A stretch of DNA of 64,000 bases from an uncultured Candidatus Poseidoniales archaeon (GCA_902573115.1 CACGIM010000002.1:11649-75648); one strand, 5' to 3'; shown: positions 40,259 through 51,106, numbered from the stretch's first letter. Made by a program: numbers and translations. Notes: a model not told the origin generated them from the sequence alone.

Positions 40259-41032
40259 TTAGTCTCTCTTCATTTGGAAGATCGGTATTGGAGACATCTT
40301 GTGTTTATTTTCCTCGTTGAACCTTCGATATATCCCTAGCACTTCTAATTCTCTTGAAGATAGATTATGGGTGGATTTAGATTCTTCAACTGACATTGCC
40401 CACTCCAACTCGGAGTATGATGCTCCCATCTGATCCTCGTCTGTTCTCCCATCATCCCACAGACCATCGGTTGGGGGTGCCTCCAAAATTTGCTTCAATA
40501 TTCCAAGCCCCTCGCCCAATGAGTAGACTTCGGATTTGTAAAGATCGGCGATTGGAGATATGTCAACGCCACCATCACCATACTTAGTAAAGAATCCAAC
40601 TCCGAAGTCTTCTACCCTGTTTCCTGTCCCAACTACGATTCCATCATTAGACCCGGCTATTGCATAGAGAGTGGCCATTCGCAGTCTAGCCCTTGAATTA
40701 GCAAGAGCTAGATCTGTTATTTTATTGCCTTTTAGATCGTCCCTGAAGCTATCGAATGAGGATGTCAAATCCACCTCACGTGCATCAATGTTCGGCCATT
40801 TTGCCTGCAACCATTCAATGTGGTTTTTTGATAGGTCATACTGAGACTGGTCTTGGTATATTGGCATGTTCAATACTATAGTTTCCATCCCAGTATTAGC
40901 ACACAATGTCGAAGTGACTGCCGAGTCGATACCTCCAGAGGCCCCAACAACGAGAGTTTTGATTGAGTTCTTTTCGGTATACTGACGGATCCAAGAAGAG
41001 ATATCCTGCGCTACTTGCAGCCATTCAGTCAT
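40259..41032 (-). CDS. nadE: NH3-dependent NAD+ synthetase
   Basis: SGGIDSA, NSRARLRM, GTGN, GFFTKYGDG, PPTDGLW, TDEDQMG. Confidence 0.95.
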   Translation of the reverse strand: MTEWLQVAQDISSWIRQYTEKNSIKTLVVGASGGIDSAVTSTLCANTGMETIVLNMPIYQDQSQYDLSKNHIEWLQAKWPNIDAREVDLTSSFDSFRDDLKGNKITDLALANSRARLRMATLYAIAGSNDGIVVGTGNRVEDFGVGFFTKYGDGGVDISPIADLYKSEVYSLGEGLGILKQILEAPPTDGLWDDGRTDEDQMGASYSELEWAMSVEESKSTHNLSSRELEVLGIYRRFNEENKHKMSPIPIFQMKRD

Positions 41033-41041
41033 TTCAATACC

Positions 41042-41707
41042 TCAGTGACAAGCCACACCGTACTTCTTTAGCCTCCAATAGTTGTAAGGCCATGGGGTAA
41101 TGAATCCTGCAACTAGCATAGGTACAATAACCCACCAAGTCAGCTTGGCTCCACCGGTCAAGACTAAGTCTACGGCGTTCATTGCCGCCTCCATTGAAAT
41201 CATGGAAATTAGAGACATCCCGATAGCGACTCTGAAGGCTTCATTTAAGGCCATTTGAGCTGATAGGATAATGGTCTCAAGAGCTATAGAGGTCAGGATC
41301 CCATTGAACATTGCCAGTGCCATGATCATCATCGGGGTCCAGCCGGATTCGGTGAAAATGAACTGAAATGCCGCAATGGTTCCAAAGTCTCCGATACTGC
41401 AGCCGAGTAGGCACCATTTGGTATTGTGAGCGGATTGTCTCCAAACACTCCCATCCCGCCAATGGAATTCTTCCCCCAAGCCATCCACAGTATATCCAGC
41501 AGATCTTACCGCACTGCTCAAATCCGTTCTAGAGATTCCATCATGACTTACCTCTGCAAAACCCTGATTGTGGTCAACGACGGCAGAGACAACCCCCGAC
41601 AGTTGCTCAATAGCTGCCTTTACGTTGTTGGAGCAGCCATCGCATGTCATGCCCCCGACGTCTAAACGAGTCGTCTCGGGCATAGACTGAACTGATGCAT
41701 AGGGCAT
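41042..41707 (-). CDS. HMA metal-binding domain fused to DUF4396 membrane domain
   Basis: GMTCDGC; HNTKWCLLGCSIGD, SMISME, GFITPWPYNYW. Confidence 0.85.
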   Translation of the reverse strand: MPYASVQSMPETTRLDVGGMTCDGCSNNVKAAIEQLSGVVSAVVDHNQGFAEVSHDGISRTDLSSAVRSAGYTVDGLGEEFHWRDGSVWRQSAHNTKWCLLGCSIGDFGTIAAFQFIFTESGWTPMMIMALAMFNGILTSIALETIILSAQMALNEAFRVAIGMSLISMISMEAAMNAVDLVLTGGAKLTWWVIVPMLVAGFITPWPYNYWRLKKYGVACH

Positions 41708-41785
41708 TTTAACTCTTGCAATTTCTATTTCAAAAACTCAAACGGTCCCCTCAAGTTCAATACAAAGCCATAGGTCGGTGGGCCG

Positions 41786-44700
41786 ATGAGCGTGCCTGTT
41801 TCTCCTGGTGACCTTGACCCGGTTTCTCTCGAAGGGTCGATCGTAAAGAAATGGGAAGAGGAGGGTACATTCTCTGAGTCGATAAACTCAAGGAAGAATT
41901 CTGGAGTGCCTTTCACATTTCTGGAAGGACCGCCTACGGCCAATGGAAAGCCAGGAATTCATCACGTTCTTTCCAGGTTGTTCAAGGACATGGTCTGTCG
42001 ATGGAAGTCAATGGAGGGGCATGTTGTGGAGCGGAAAGGAGGTTGGGATACCCATGGTCTTCCTGTGGAAATTGAAGTCCAGAAACAACTGAGCCTGATG
42101 TCGAACGAAGCTATCGAAAAGTTCGGGATGGAAGAGTTTAATCAGAAGTGCAAGGAGAGTGTGTGGACTTACGAAGAAGCTTGGAGAGAAATGACAGAGA
42201 GGATGGGATTCTGGGTCGATATGGAAGATCCTTACGTCACTCTGCATGACGAATATATCGAGTCCGCCTGGTGGTCGTTGAAACAGATGTTCGAAAAGGG
42301 GTTGCTATTCAGAGGGCACAAAGTTCTACCATACTGCCCCCAAACAGGAACCAGCTATTCCACACATGAAGTTTCACAGGGATACAAAGAAGTCTCTGAG
42401 CCAGCTGTTTTTGTAAAGTTTCGAATCGAAGGCGATGACGCCTCGGTCTTAGCATGGACTACAACTCCTTGGACTCTGCCCGGCAATGTTGGACTGGCTG
42501 TTGGGCCGGAGGTAACCTATTGCAGAGTTAGGATAACAGAGCCTCCTTCAGACTCTTGGGAAGGAAGAGGTGGAGCACAAGTTGGCGAAGAGCTGATTCT
42601 CGCAAAGGATCTAATCGGAAGCGTACTTAGAAACCACGCAGAAGTAATCGAGGAGTTCAACGGCTCAGATCTCGTTGGAAAGGCATACTCGCCCCTTTTT
42701 CCAGGGGCTGTGGAGAAGGGCAACTCACAGACCGCGTGGACAATTGTTGCTGCAGACTTTGTGACAACTACAGATGGTACAGGAGTTGTCCACACGGCAG
42801 TGATGTACGGAGAGGATGATTACAGGTTAGGTATGGAGGTTGGTTTCCCTGCGCAGCACACCGTAGGAATGGATGGTGCCTTCCTTGAGGGTGTACATGA
42901 ATCTCTGGATGGCAGATATGTGAAAGATTGCGATGACAGGATAATCGATCTTTTAGACTCGCAAGGGCTTCTTTACAGGGAGCACGAGTACACTCATGAC
43001 TACCCTCATTGTTGGAGAACAGACCATCCTCTTCTCTACTACGCGATGGACAGCTGGTTTGTTAGGATGACAGCCGTTAAGGACCAGATACTAGATCACA
43101 ATGCCAGTGTGGAATGGGCACCTGAATGGACAGGAACCAAGAGAATGGGAGAATGGCTATCCAACATCAAGGATTGGGCTATTAGCCGTGAACGGTACTG
43201 GGGAACCCCGATTCCTGTCTGGATCTGCCCGGACTGCGGAACGGAACATTGTGTTGGGAGTATCGAGGAGATGAGCTCGATGAAGACAGAATCCTCCCCA
43301 ATCCCACCAGAGCTCCATAGGCCGTATGTAGATGATGTCAGGCTCTTGTGCCCTCAGAAGGGCTGCTCAGGCGAGATGATTAGGGAACCCTACGTCATGG
43401 ATTGCTGGTTCGACTCAGGCTGTGCCTCTTTTGCCCAATGGCACTACCCATTTGAGAACGAGGAGCTCTTTGAGGGGTCGTTCCCGGTTGACTACATTTG
43501 CGAGGCTGTGGATCAAACAAGAGGGTGGTTTTACTCACTCCTGGCAGTTTCTACCTCTGTATTTGACCAACCGTGCTTCCGGAGATGCCTCTCTCTTGGG
43601 CATATTTTAGACAAAGACGGTAAGAAGATGAGCAAGTCTAGGGGGAATGTGGTAGATCCATGGAATCATTTCAACAAAGAAGGTGCTGACTCAATCAGAT
43701 GGTACATGACCACCCAAAGTGCACCATGGTCACCTACAAATTTTGATCCGAATGGAGTAAGAGAATCCTATGCAAAGATGTTCTTGACATTATGGAACGT
43801 GTATCGCTTCCATGCAGACTATGCTGCTCTGGATGGATTTGACCCTGAAGACGGTTCTGGATTCGTAGAGGTGACTGAAAGAAGTTCTTTGGATAGGTGG
43901 GTGCTATCAAAGTTAACCGATATGGCGGATAGCTATCACTCCAGCTTCGTTTCTTGGGACTTCCACAAGGCAGGCAGAGGATTGGAGGACTTCGTTGTAA
44001 ATGATCTATCGAACTGGTATGTACGTAGATCTAGGAGAAGGTTGTGGGATGAGGCCGACAGTAAGGACAAAAGGGCTTGCCAGCACACATTACACGAGGT
44101 CTTACTAATCGTTTGCAGACTAATGTCCCCGGTATCTCCTTTCATGCCCGATCATATACACAGAGAGCTAACCGGATCATCAGTACACTTAGCAGATTGG
44201 CCAGTGGGCTCAGATATAGTTGAAAGATCCCTACCCCCGAGGGACTTGATTCTTGAACAGGAGATGACGCTAGTCAGGTCTCTTGCAGAGGCGGGAAGAA
44301 GAATTCGAGTGGAGTCGGGCAGAAGGCAGAGGCTCCCCTGCAGGACTGGTTGGGTGATCGGCGGACCTGACATTTCCCGTTTCAGTGATATTCTGGCAGA
44401 GGAACTTAATGTCGAACATTTGTACTCTGAGGAGGATCTTGATTCCTTCCAAAGAGTGGTGCTAGAGCCAAACAGAAAGGTGTTAGGTGGAAAATGCCGA
44501 TCAGACTTACCAGCAGTTCTTGAAGAGCTCTACGAATCTGATCCCGAATCACTGCTATTGGAGATAGAAGCGGGAATCGCGGCTTTAGCTGGATATGAGA
44601 TAACAATTGAAGACATTGAAATCAGGAGAGTCGAAAAGGAGGGGTTTGCGGCCCAGACATTATCTCTGGAGGAAGGAGATGTGTCCATAGTTTTGGACAT

Positions 44701-44968
44701 GCACACTGATGAAGATCTCTTGTCCAAGGGCATAGCAAGAGACATAACCCGTAGGGTCCAAGCAAAGAGGAAAGAGCTTGACCTACGAGTGGAAGATACA
44801 ATCAACTTGTCAGTGTGGGTATATGGCGTGACCCTGAATCAGGAAGACTGGCAGCACGTGATTTCAGAAACAAGGGCTGGCGAGAGTTCACTAAACAAAG
44901 GGGATCCTAAATCTGATTTTGACAACTTTGAAATTGATGGTAGCAACATCTCTTTCCAGATTCGGTGA
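41786..44968 (+). CDS. ileS: Isoleucine-tRNA ligase (type 2, GIHH signature)
   Basis: GPPTANG, GWDTHGLPVE, WTTTPWTLP, GTGVVH, DQTRGWF, KMSKS. Confidence 0.97.
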   Translation: MSVPVSPGDLDPVSLEGSIVKKWEEEGTFSESINSRKNSGVPFTFLEGPPTANGKPGIHHVLSRLFKDMVCRWKSMEGHVVERKGGWDTHGLPVEIEVQKQLSLMSNEAIEKFGMEEFNQKCKESVWTYEEAWREMTERMGFWVDMEDPYVTLHDEYIESAWWSLKQMFEKGLLFRGHKVLPYCPQTGTSYSTHEVSQGYKEVSEPAVFVKFRIEGDDASVLAWTTTPWTLPGNVGLAVGPEVTYCRVRITEPPSDSWEGRGGAQVGEELILAKDLIGSVLRNHAEVIEEFNGSDLVGKAYSPLFPGAVEKGNSQTAWTIVAADFVTTTDGTGVVHTAVMYGEDDYRLGMEVGFPAQHTVGMDGAFLEGVHESLDGRYVKDCDDRIIDLLDSQGLLYREHEYTHDYPHCWRTDHPLLYYAMDSWFVRMTAVKDQILDHNASVEWAPEWTGTKRMGEWLSNIKDWAISRERYWGTPIPVWICPDCGTEHCVGSIEEMSSMKTESSPIPPELHRPYVDDVRLLCPQKGCSGEMIREPYVMDCWFDSGCASFAQWHYPFENEELFEGSFPVDYICEAVDQTRGWFYSLLAVSTSVFDQPCFRRCLSLGHILDKDGKKMSKSRGNVVDPWNHFNKEGADSIRWYMTTQSAPWSPTNFDPNGVRESYAKMFLTLWNVYRFHADYAALDGFDPEDGSGFVEVTERSSLDRWVLSKLTDMADSYHSSFVSWDFHKAGRGLEDFVVNDLSNWYVRRSRRRLWDEADSKDKRACQHTLHEVLLIVCRLMSPVSPFMPDHIHRELTGSSVHLADWPVGSDIVERSLPPRDLILEQEMTLVRSLAEAGRRIRVESGRRQRLPCRTGWVIGGPDISRFSDILAEELNVEHLYSEEDLDSFQRVVLEPNRKVLGGKCRSDLPAVLEELYESDPESLLLEIEAGIAALAGYEITIEDIEIRRVEKEGFAAQTLSLEEGDVSIVLDMHTDEDLLSKGIARDITRRVQAKRKELDLRVEDTINLSVWVYGVTLNQEDWQHVISETRAGESSLNKGDPKSDFDNFEIDGSNISFQIR

Positions 44969-45009
44969 TGTGGCCCTTATTCTAGTCAAAATTGTGGCAA
45001 TTGATGGAG

Positions 45010-46437
45010 TCACATGTCCTGAACATAGGACTGAGGGAGCTGCATTTCTAAGCCGAACAAAGGGTCGGGGTCTGTTGAGTCGTGATAAGCGATAAATGAA
45101 CCCCCGTCTGGTAAAATCCCCATACTTGCAAAGTCGAACCTTATGTCATTCCCAGCACCGGAGGTCGAATCTAAATCTCCTTGTCCTAGGTAGGTGATAA
45201 TATCCGGTTCCAAGTTTTCGGAGAAGCCTCTGACATGGTAGGCAACATCCACATCAGGCCCCTCGGCGCTCTGGAATCTGACATTTAGAACAAACAGGTC
45301 GTGAACACCGCTAGAGTGAAACTCCCACTCCTCTATATCAGTAGCCCTTTCGGAGAGATTGTAAGTCTGGTTATTCCATGTCTCACCCCCATCCCATGAA
45401 AGCATGTGCGTCAGGGAATTTCCAGCAGAACTCACACAGTGCAGCGCAGTAGAAGAGTCAAATGCGCAGTACTGAGATGGGAGGGAGGATCCATTCATAG
45501 TGACGCCAGTCCACCAGTTCAGAGAAGTGTCAAGATATGCATCACTCCCGTCAATGAAGTAATTCGGGAAATAAAGTCCTCCGGAAGGGACTGGAAAAGC
45601 TCTCATTTCCTTATGTGGCTTGGTAAAGTCCCACTCCTGACCCAAATCCTGAGGATTTAAGTCGACCTCCATGATATCGAGGTTCTCGTCTCTATCTGGG
45701 AAGCCAAAATAGTCGTAGTTCAAACCGTCGGTCGAAAGTTGTCCACCCACGTTTTGGACTTGATGCCAAAAGTTGGAAATTACCAAACTTGCCCAAGGTC
45801 CGTTCCCGTACAAACCCCCATTTATTGGGCCGACAATCTCTACCTGCCAAGACCGATCATAGAACGGTTCTGGAGTCCTGTTGAAGCACCAACTCCACTC
45901 AGCATCCTCGGCATCGTAAAAGAATGCGTAGAACTGGTCCGCACCACTAGTGCTTGGATATGGGAACCACCCCATTGAGATCAAGTCCCCGTTCGTTGCC
46001 TGAACGATGCTACCCTCTCCCAAGCCCTCTTGCCCGGGAACGGTTGGTTTCCACTCCCTGCATCCAAGCTGGGAGAAAATCGTTGGCCTGTATTCTTGCC
46101 AGGTTAATCCTCGATCCTCCGACCATGTAGGATACTCCCCCCCAAAGTTGAGTATCCAACCCTCCTTGGTGGCTGCTAGATAGTGCTCGCAGCAGTTCCC
46201 ACCATGCTCATTTCCGAAAACAGTCCATGTCGCGTTACCCCAAGTCTGGTTTTGAAGTGGGTCTGCTACTGTGAAATTTCTTGTATCCTCGTGTGAACTG
46301 GGGTCAATTAGGTAATACCCATCGTCCCAATTTATTGATTCATCGGAGGGAATTACTTCCTCTAAACAACCCGGCAAAATGACAAGAAATGCAATTGTCA
46401 GAGAGGCTAGGGCTCTGGTGGGAACGCCCGGAAGCAT
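45010..46437 (-). CDS. Lipoprotein with Asp-box (BNR) repeats, likely beta-propeller
   Basis: LPGC lipobox; SEDRGLTW and SWDGGETW Asp-boxes; GNCCEHY. Confidence 0.7.
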   Translation of the reverse strand: MLPGVPTRALASLTIAFLVILPGCLEEVIPSDESINWDDGYYLIDPSSHEDTRNFTVADPLQNQTWGNATWTVFGNEHGGNCCEHYLAATKEGWILNFGGEYPTWSEDRGLTWQEYRPTIFSQLGCREWKPTVPGQEGLGEGSIVQATNGDLISMGWFPYPSTSGADQFYAFFYDAEDAEWSWCFNRTPEPFYDRSWQVEIVGPINGGLYGNGPWASLVISNFWHQVQNVGGQLSTDGLNYDYFGFPDRDENLDIMEVDLNPQDLGQEWDFTKPHKEMRAFPVPSGGLYFPNYFIDGSDAYLDTSLNWWTGVTMNGSSLPSQYCAFDSSTALHCVSSAGNSLTHMLSWDGGETWNNQTYNLSERATDIEEWEFHSSGVHDLFVLNVRFQSAEGPDVDVAYHVRGFSENLEPDIITYLGQGDLDSTSGAGNDIRFDFASMGILPDGGSFIAYHDSTDPDPLFGLEMQLPQSYVQDM

Positions 46438-46477
46438 AAACCTCGTATGTGTCGGTGATATATCGCACTTTCACAAC

Positions 46478-47911
46478 TCATTTCAGACGCCAAGTGACTC
46501 CGTCGGACCCATCTTCGACTATAACTCCGGCCTTAGATAACTCATTTCTAATCTCGTCCGCTCGAGCCCAGTCCTTGGAAGCCCTCGCCTTTTCCCTCTC
46601 CGAGAGGAGCCCCTCCACCATTGGTGCAATCTCTGAGAGTTTACCCTCGGAGCTTTTCATTGTAGAGAGGACTCCGGTGTCTTCAGGAAGTAGTCCTAGA
46701 ACCTCTCCTGCGTACTCACCTATCCATCCTGTGCACTCACCGATTTCTTCTTCCTTGTCTCCAGAATCCAAGAGAAATCTGAGCCTCTTAGTCACGGACT
46801 GTACCTCGACCAGTGCTGTCCTTGTGTTAAAGTCGTCATTCATCCCTTTTTTTAGGCTTTTAGAACATTCTAACAGAAATTTATTTTCCCTCCAATCCAT
46901 TTTCCCAACGGTGGAAAGACCTTCGCCGTAGCATGTTATTAATCTGCTGTGGTGTGACTTTGCATCTTCCAGCATCACTTGATTAAAATCCATTGGCTGC
47001 CTGTAGGGTGCGTTAATTAGGGAATATCTTAGAACTAGGGGGTCAATCTTCTCAAGGGCATCTGATATGGTCCAGAAATTACCCAGAGACTTGCTCATTT
47101 TCTCTCCTTCGACATTAATCATTCCATTATGGATCCAGTATTGTACAACTGGATCGTGGCCCAGACAACACTCTGACTGGAATATCTCAGCTTCGTGGTG
47201 AGGGAAAATCAAATCTGACCCGCCGCCGTGGATGTCGAACCTCTCGCCGAGATGCTTCAGAGACATGGCAGAACACTCAATATGCCACCCTGGTCTACCA
47301 GGCCCCCAAGGGCTATCCCAAGATGGCTCTCCTGGCTTTGCCATCTTCCATAGAGCGAAATCTCTGTGGTCTCTCTTTCCAGACCCAGTCTTATCCACTC
47401 TCCCACCAGCTCCAGCTCGAACCATTTCTAACGTTTGACCAGTAAGCTGTCCGTACTTCCCAGGAGATGTTTCAATCTCGAAGTATACACCATCCCCCCC
47501 TTGGTATGCATGCCCCTTCTCAACAAGATCGGAAACCATAGCGATGATTTCAGGAATAGTCTCTGTGACCCTAGGATAGGCATCCGCACGAATCACATTT
47601 AATGCGTCCATACAATTGAAGTAATCAGAAATATATCTGTTTGCGAGCTCTAGGAAGTCAATGCCTTCCTCATTAGCGGCAGAGATTATTTTATCATCGA
47701 CGTCAGTAAAGTTGGTTATGTAATTGACCATGTATCCGCTCTTCCTGAGCCATCTGACTATTATATCGAAAGATATAGCCTGCCTTGCGTGCCCTATGTG
47801 ACTGGGAGAGTAAGGAGTTATTCCGCATGCATATAGCCCCAATTTTCCCTCCTCTAAAGGAACAAGGTCTCTTTTTGACCTTGATCTTGTGTCGTATACC
47901 CTCTGTGTCAC
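46478..47911 (-). CDS. cysS: Cysteine-tRNA ligase
   Basis: CGIT, HIGHAR, DFALWK, GRPGWHIECSAM, FPHHE, KMSKS. Confidence 0.97.
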   Translation of the reverse strand: MTQRVYDTRSRSKRDLVPLEEGKLGLYACGITPYSPSHIGHARQAISFDIIVRWLRKSGYMVNYITNFTDVDDKIISAANEEGIDFLELANRYISDYFNCMDALNVIRADAYPRVTETIPEIIAMVSDLVEKGHAYQGGDGVYFEIETSPGKYGQLTGQTLEMVRAGAGGRVDKTGSGKRDHRDFALWKMAKPGEPSWDSPWGPGRPGWHIECSAMSLKHLGERFDIHGGGSDLIFPHHEAEIFQSECCLGHDPVVQYWIHNGMINVEGEKMSKSLGNFWTISDALEKIDPLVLRYSLINAPYRQPMDFNQVMLEDAKSHHSRLITCYGEGLSTVGKMDWRENKFLLECSKSLKKGMNDDFNTRTALVEVQSVTKRLRFLLDSGDKEEEIGECTGWIGEYAGEVLGLLPEDTGVLSTMKSSEGKLSEIAPMVEGLLSEREKARASKDWARADEIRNELSKAGVIVEDGSDGVTWRLK

Positions 47912-47938
47912 TGGACTGGTGGAGGGGAGTTCCCAACA

Positions 47939-48640
47939 TCAACCCCTCGCCGTTTCTACAAACTTTGTGAACAATGGGTCATGATCAATTCTCTCAGGGT
48001 GCCATTGAACACCGAGGCAGAATCTTTTGTCGTCCCTTTCTACGGCCTCTATGAGGCCATCGTGCTCTGCGATGGCTGATATTGAGAGTGAACCAGGGTC
48101 GGATACTCCTTGATGATGTGCTGAATTTACCACTACTGATTTCCCCATTAGGCTATGCAGTAGGGATCCCTCGACTACCTCCACACCATGATCTGAGGTT
48201 CCTCCGTCAAATGCCCCATGACCCTCGTGACCTGGTGTTGTGTCCAGATGCTGATACATGGACCCCCCATGAGCAACACTAAGGATTTGCATACCCCTAC
48301 ATATTCCCAGGATTGGCATATCCCTTTCCAATGCGCCACGGATCAATCCAAGCTCGGCATCATCCTGCTCTTGGAAAAACTCCTTTGTCATTTCTTCCGG
48401 TTCTTGGTCGTAGTTAGACGGAGATATATCTGGGCCACCTGAAACTAATAATCCTTCAATACTGTCAAGAATCCGAGTCATGTCCCCTGCTGGCGGAATA
48501 ATTAATGGGATCCCACCCGCTTTGTTGATTACTGATATGTATGCGGATGGGAGTACGGCTGCATGTCTCTCCCAATCACCAAATGCAGTGCTAACAACCG
48601 TGTCTCGAATGAAGCAAGTGATGCCGATAACTGGCTTCAT
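47939..48640 (-). CDS. Gamma-glutamyl-gamma-aminobutyrate hydrolase family (peptidase C26, PuuD-like)
   Basis: KPVIGIT, GGPDI, LGICRGMQ, NSAHHQG, GVQWHPE. Confidence 0.9.
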   Translation of the reverse strand: MKPVIGITCFIRDTVVSTAFGDWERHAAVLPSAYISVINKAGGIPLIIPPAGDMTRILDSIEGLLVSGGPDISPSNYDQEPEEMTKEFFQEQDDAELGLIRGALERDMPILGICRGMQILSVAHGGSMYQHLDTTPGHEGHGAFDGGTSDHGVEVVEGSLLHSLMGKSVVVNSAHHQGVSDPGSLSISAIAEHDGLIEAVERDDKRFCLGVQWHPERIDHDPLFTKFVETARG

Positions 48641-49041
48641 TCATACACCGCCGACTCCCGGACAAGGCGGGCATGCCTGAAAGACATCACCCCAATCACT
48701 ATGAATGAAATCCCACCTATTAATAGGAATAAGTGGGAGATTATAGCGAGTCCTGACATGTCAGACCACCCAACTGCTAATCTCGCCCCTCCTAGCGCCA
48801 TCGCTAGAGCTAGAAGCATTGATGCGTGCATGTAATGGTGCCTGTTGGCATCATTAATTTGGGACAATACGCCCAAAATTATCATTGGAAGTCCCATAAA
48901 TGCTGGAATTAATGCAGTGACCGATGGTGGGTCAGCTGACTGGACAAAATAAGCTAAAGCGCCCCAACCGGAAAGTATTGATCCTTGAATGATTGCTATC
49001 CTAGGGACTGTCTGGCCCATCATGGTGAATTGCTCTGCCAT
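48637..49041 (-). CDS. Small 4-TM membrane protein
   Basis: SVTALIPAF and HYMH motifs; ATGA overlap with next gene. Confidence 0.7.
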   Translation of the reverse strand: MAEQFTMMGQTVPRIAIIQGSILSGWGALAYFVQSADPPSVTALIPAFMGLPMIILGVLSQINDANRHHYMHASMLLALAMALGGARLAVGWSDMSGLAIISHLFLLIGGISFIVIGVMSFRHARLVRESAVYE

Positions 49042-49090
49042 AACTACGGGCTATGCTAATGACTTATGATAATCGCTATCATGAGCTCTG

Positions 49091-51106
49091 CTAGGTCCTG
49101 CCATGAATCTCGTCATCTCGTTTCTGGATCTGCTCCCACAGAATCTCAGCTACGTCCAATACCTCCATCTCTGATCCTATTGCATCAAGGCCATCCTTTA
49201 CCATTACCGAGCAGAACGGGCATCCAACAGCTACGGTATCGCAGCCAGTATCGGAAAGCTCCTCTGCCCTGATCACATTCACCCTCTTGTCTGAATCCTC
49301 CTCCATCCACATCTGAGCTCCCCCCGCTCCGCAACAAAAAGAGTCTTGGCCATGTCTTTCTGGCTCTACGTCGACTCCACTGATTACGTTCCTAGGTTCT
49401 TCGATGATTCCACCTATCCTCCCCAAGTAGCATGGGTCGTGAAACGTGATTGACCTTTCATCATCTCCTTGGACATCTCCAAGATAGGGAAGCTTCGCTT
49501 CTTCCTGTAGCTTCGAAAGTATCTCTGTGTGGTGGAAAACCTCAAGATCTTCTCCCCCGTAATCTGCATACTCCTTTCCAAGAGTATGGAAACAATGTGG
49601 ACAAGAGGCAATAATTCTCTTCACACCCAACTCTTGAAATGTCATCATATTTGTCTCTGCAAGCATCTGAAAAAGGTATTCATTTCCTGCTCTTCTTGCG
49701 GGATCTCCGGAACAACCTTCTTGCATTCCTAGGATTCCAACGTCAAGACCTGCCTCCTTTAACAATGAGATAGTAGACCTCGCAACCTTCTGATTCCTTT
49801 CATCGAAGCTTGCAGCACAACCAACAAAGTAGATGTATTCGGCCGGTTCACCTATTTTCACATCAAGATCAGCAGCCCAATCGGCCCTCTCATGCTCTCC
49901 AAATCCATAAGGGTTTGAAGCTGATTCTATATTGCCCATGGCCGTATTCAGGATTTCTGGATACTCCATAGTCTCCATCATTGCGTTCCTTCTAAGATCC
50001 GTTAGTTTGGGAACGTGTTCAATGTAGAGTGGGCACACATCCACACATGCATTACAAGTTGTACATGCCCAAACTGCCTCATCAGTAATCCTCTGCATCA
50101 TAGTTTCCTCCGGGGTCTCGCCCTTCAGTAGCAATGGAGCATGCTCGTTTGCGTAATTTCTGACATCATGAATTACTTGCATCGGATTCAAACTTTTTCC
50201 AGAAGCGTATGCCGGGCAAACGTCCTGACACCTAGCACATGACGTGCATGACCATCCGTCGATTAGTTGTCTCCATGTGTATTGGGTGTAGGTACTGACT
50301 CCAAATGAGTCGATGTCCAATTCTTCTAGTGGTATTGCGTTGCCATCATCATCGGTTGCCAGAGGTCGCATTTTTGCACTAGGTCCAGTATCATGAAAGA
50401 AGACATTTGGAACCGCCATCACTAAGTGCATATGCTTAGAAAGTGGGATGAGAAACAAGAATACTGAGATTGCCAACATATGGAGCCAGTATGCGATTAC
50501 TACTGTCCTGTCCTCCAGACCATGTTGCCCGATTTGGTAACCGATCGGTTCCCAAAAGCGACTTGGGTCCTCCTTTGACTCGATCATGAACGATGTTGAA
50601 GTGATTGTGAAGATGAGTAGGAGTATTACATTTCCCTCAAGTTGGGACTTGCCTTTGAGTTTGTCAGGAGTGAAAACTACCCTCCTGAGCAATGCGGCCA
50701 CGCACCCTATCAGCGCCATCGTATATCCTAGCTCAACCATTCCGTTCCAAGGTCCAACTAGGATATCGGGTAGAATCTTACCTGAAAACGCATTAGCGGT
50801 GGCTAGATCGAGCATATCAGAAGCTAGCATTAGGAACCCCCAGAACATGAGAACGTGCATGGTTCCCACAACCCTGTCTCTGAGTACCTTCTTTTGACCT
50901 AACCACCCAATTACGAACTCAACCATCCTGGGTCCCCAAGCATCAAATCTAGAGTCGGATGAGCCGATTAAAACAAGTCTAGTGGCTTTGGAAACTTGGT
51001 AGACAAAGAATCCAATTGATGCTCCGCCCATCACAAGGAGGATCATCCATCCATCCAAAGGGCCGTATGTTTGCAAAAGAGGGTGTTCCACGGGGACTCC
51101 TCGCAC
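49091..51106 (-). CDS. Membrane Fe-S oxidoreductase (FadF/HdrD-like: TM, 2x[4Fe-4S], CCG domains)
   Basis: SKHMH, CTSCARCQDVCP, CTTCNACVDVCP, CPHC, HDPCYLGR, CCGAGG. Confidence 0.9.
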   Translation of the reverse strand: MRGVPVEHPLLQTYGPLDGWMILLVMGGASIGFFVYQVSKATRLVLIGSSDSRFDAWGPRMVEFVIGWLGQKKVLRDRVVGTMHVLMFWGFLMLASDMLDLATANAFSGKILPDILVGPWNGMVELGYTMALIGCVAALLRRVVFTPDKLKGKSQLEGNVILLLIFTITSTSFMIESKEDPSRFWEPIGYQIGQHGLEDRTVVIAYWLHMLAISVFLFLIPLSKHMHLVMAVPNVFFHDTGPSAKMRPLATDDDGNAIPLEELDIDSFGVSTYTQYTWRQLIDGWSCTSCARCQDVCPAYASGKSLNPMQVIHDVRNYANEHAPLLLKGETPEETMMQRITDEAVWACTTCNACVDVCPLYIEHVPKLTDLRRNAMMETMEYPEILNTAMGNIESASNPYGFGEHERADWAADLDVKIGEPAEYIYFVGCAASFDERNQKVARSTISLLKEAGLDVGILGMQEGCSGDPARRAGNEYLFQMLAETNMMTFQELGVKRIIASCPHCFHTLGKEYADYGGEDLEVFHHTEILSKLQEEAKLPYLGDVQGDDERSITFHDPCYLGRIGGIIEEPRNVISGVDVEPERHGQDSFCCGAGGAQMWMEEDSDKRVNVIRAEELSDTGCDTVAVGCPFCSVMVKDGLDAIGSEMEVLDVAEILWEQIQKRDDEIHGRT

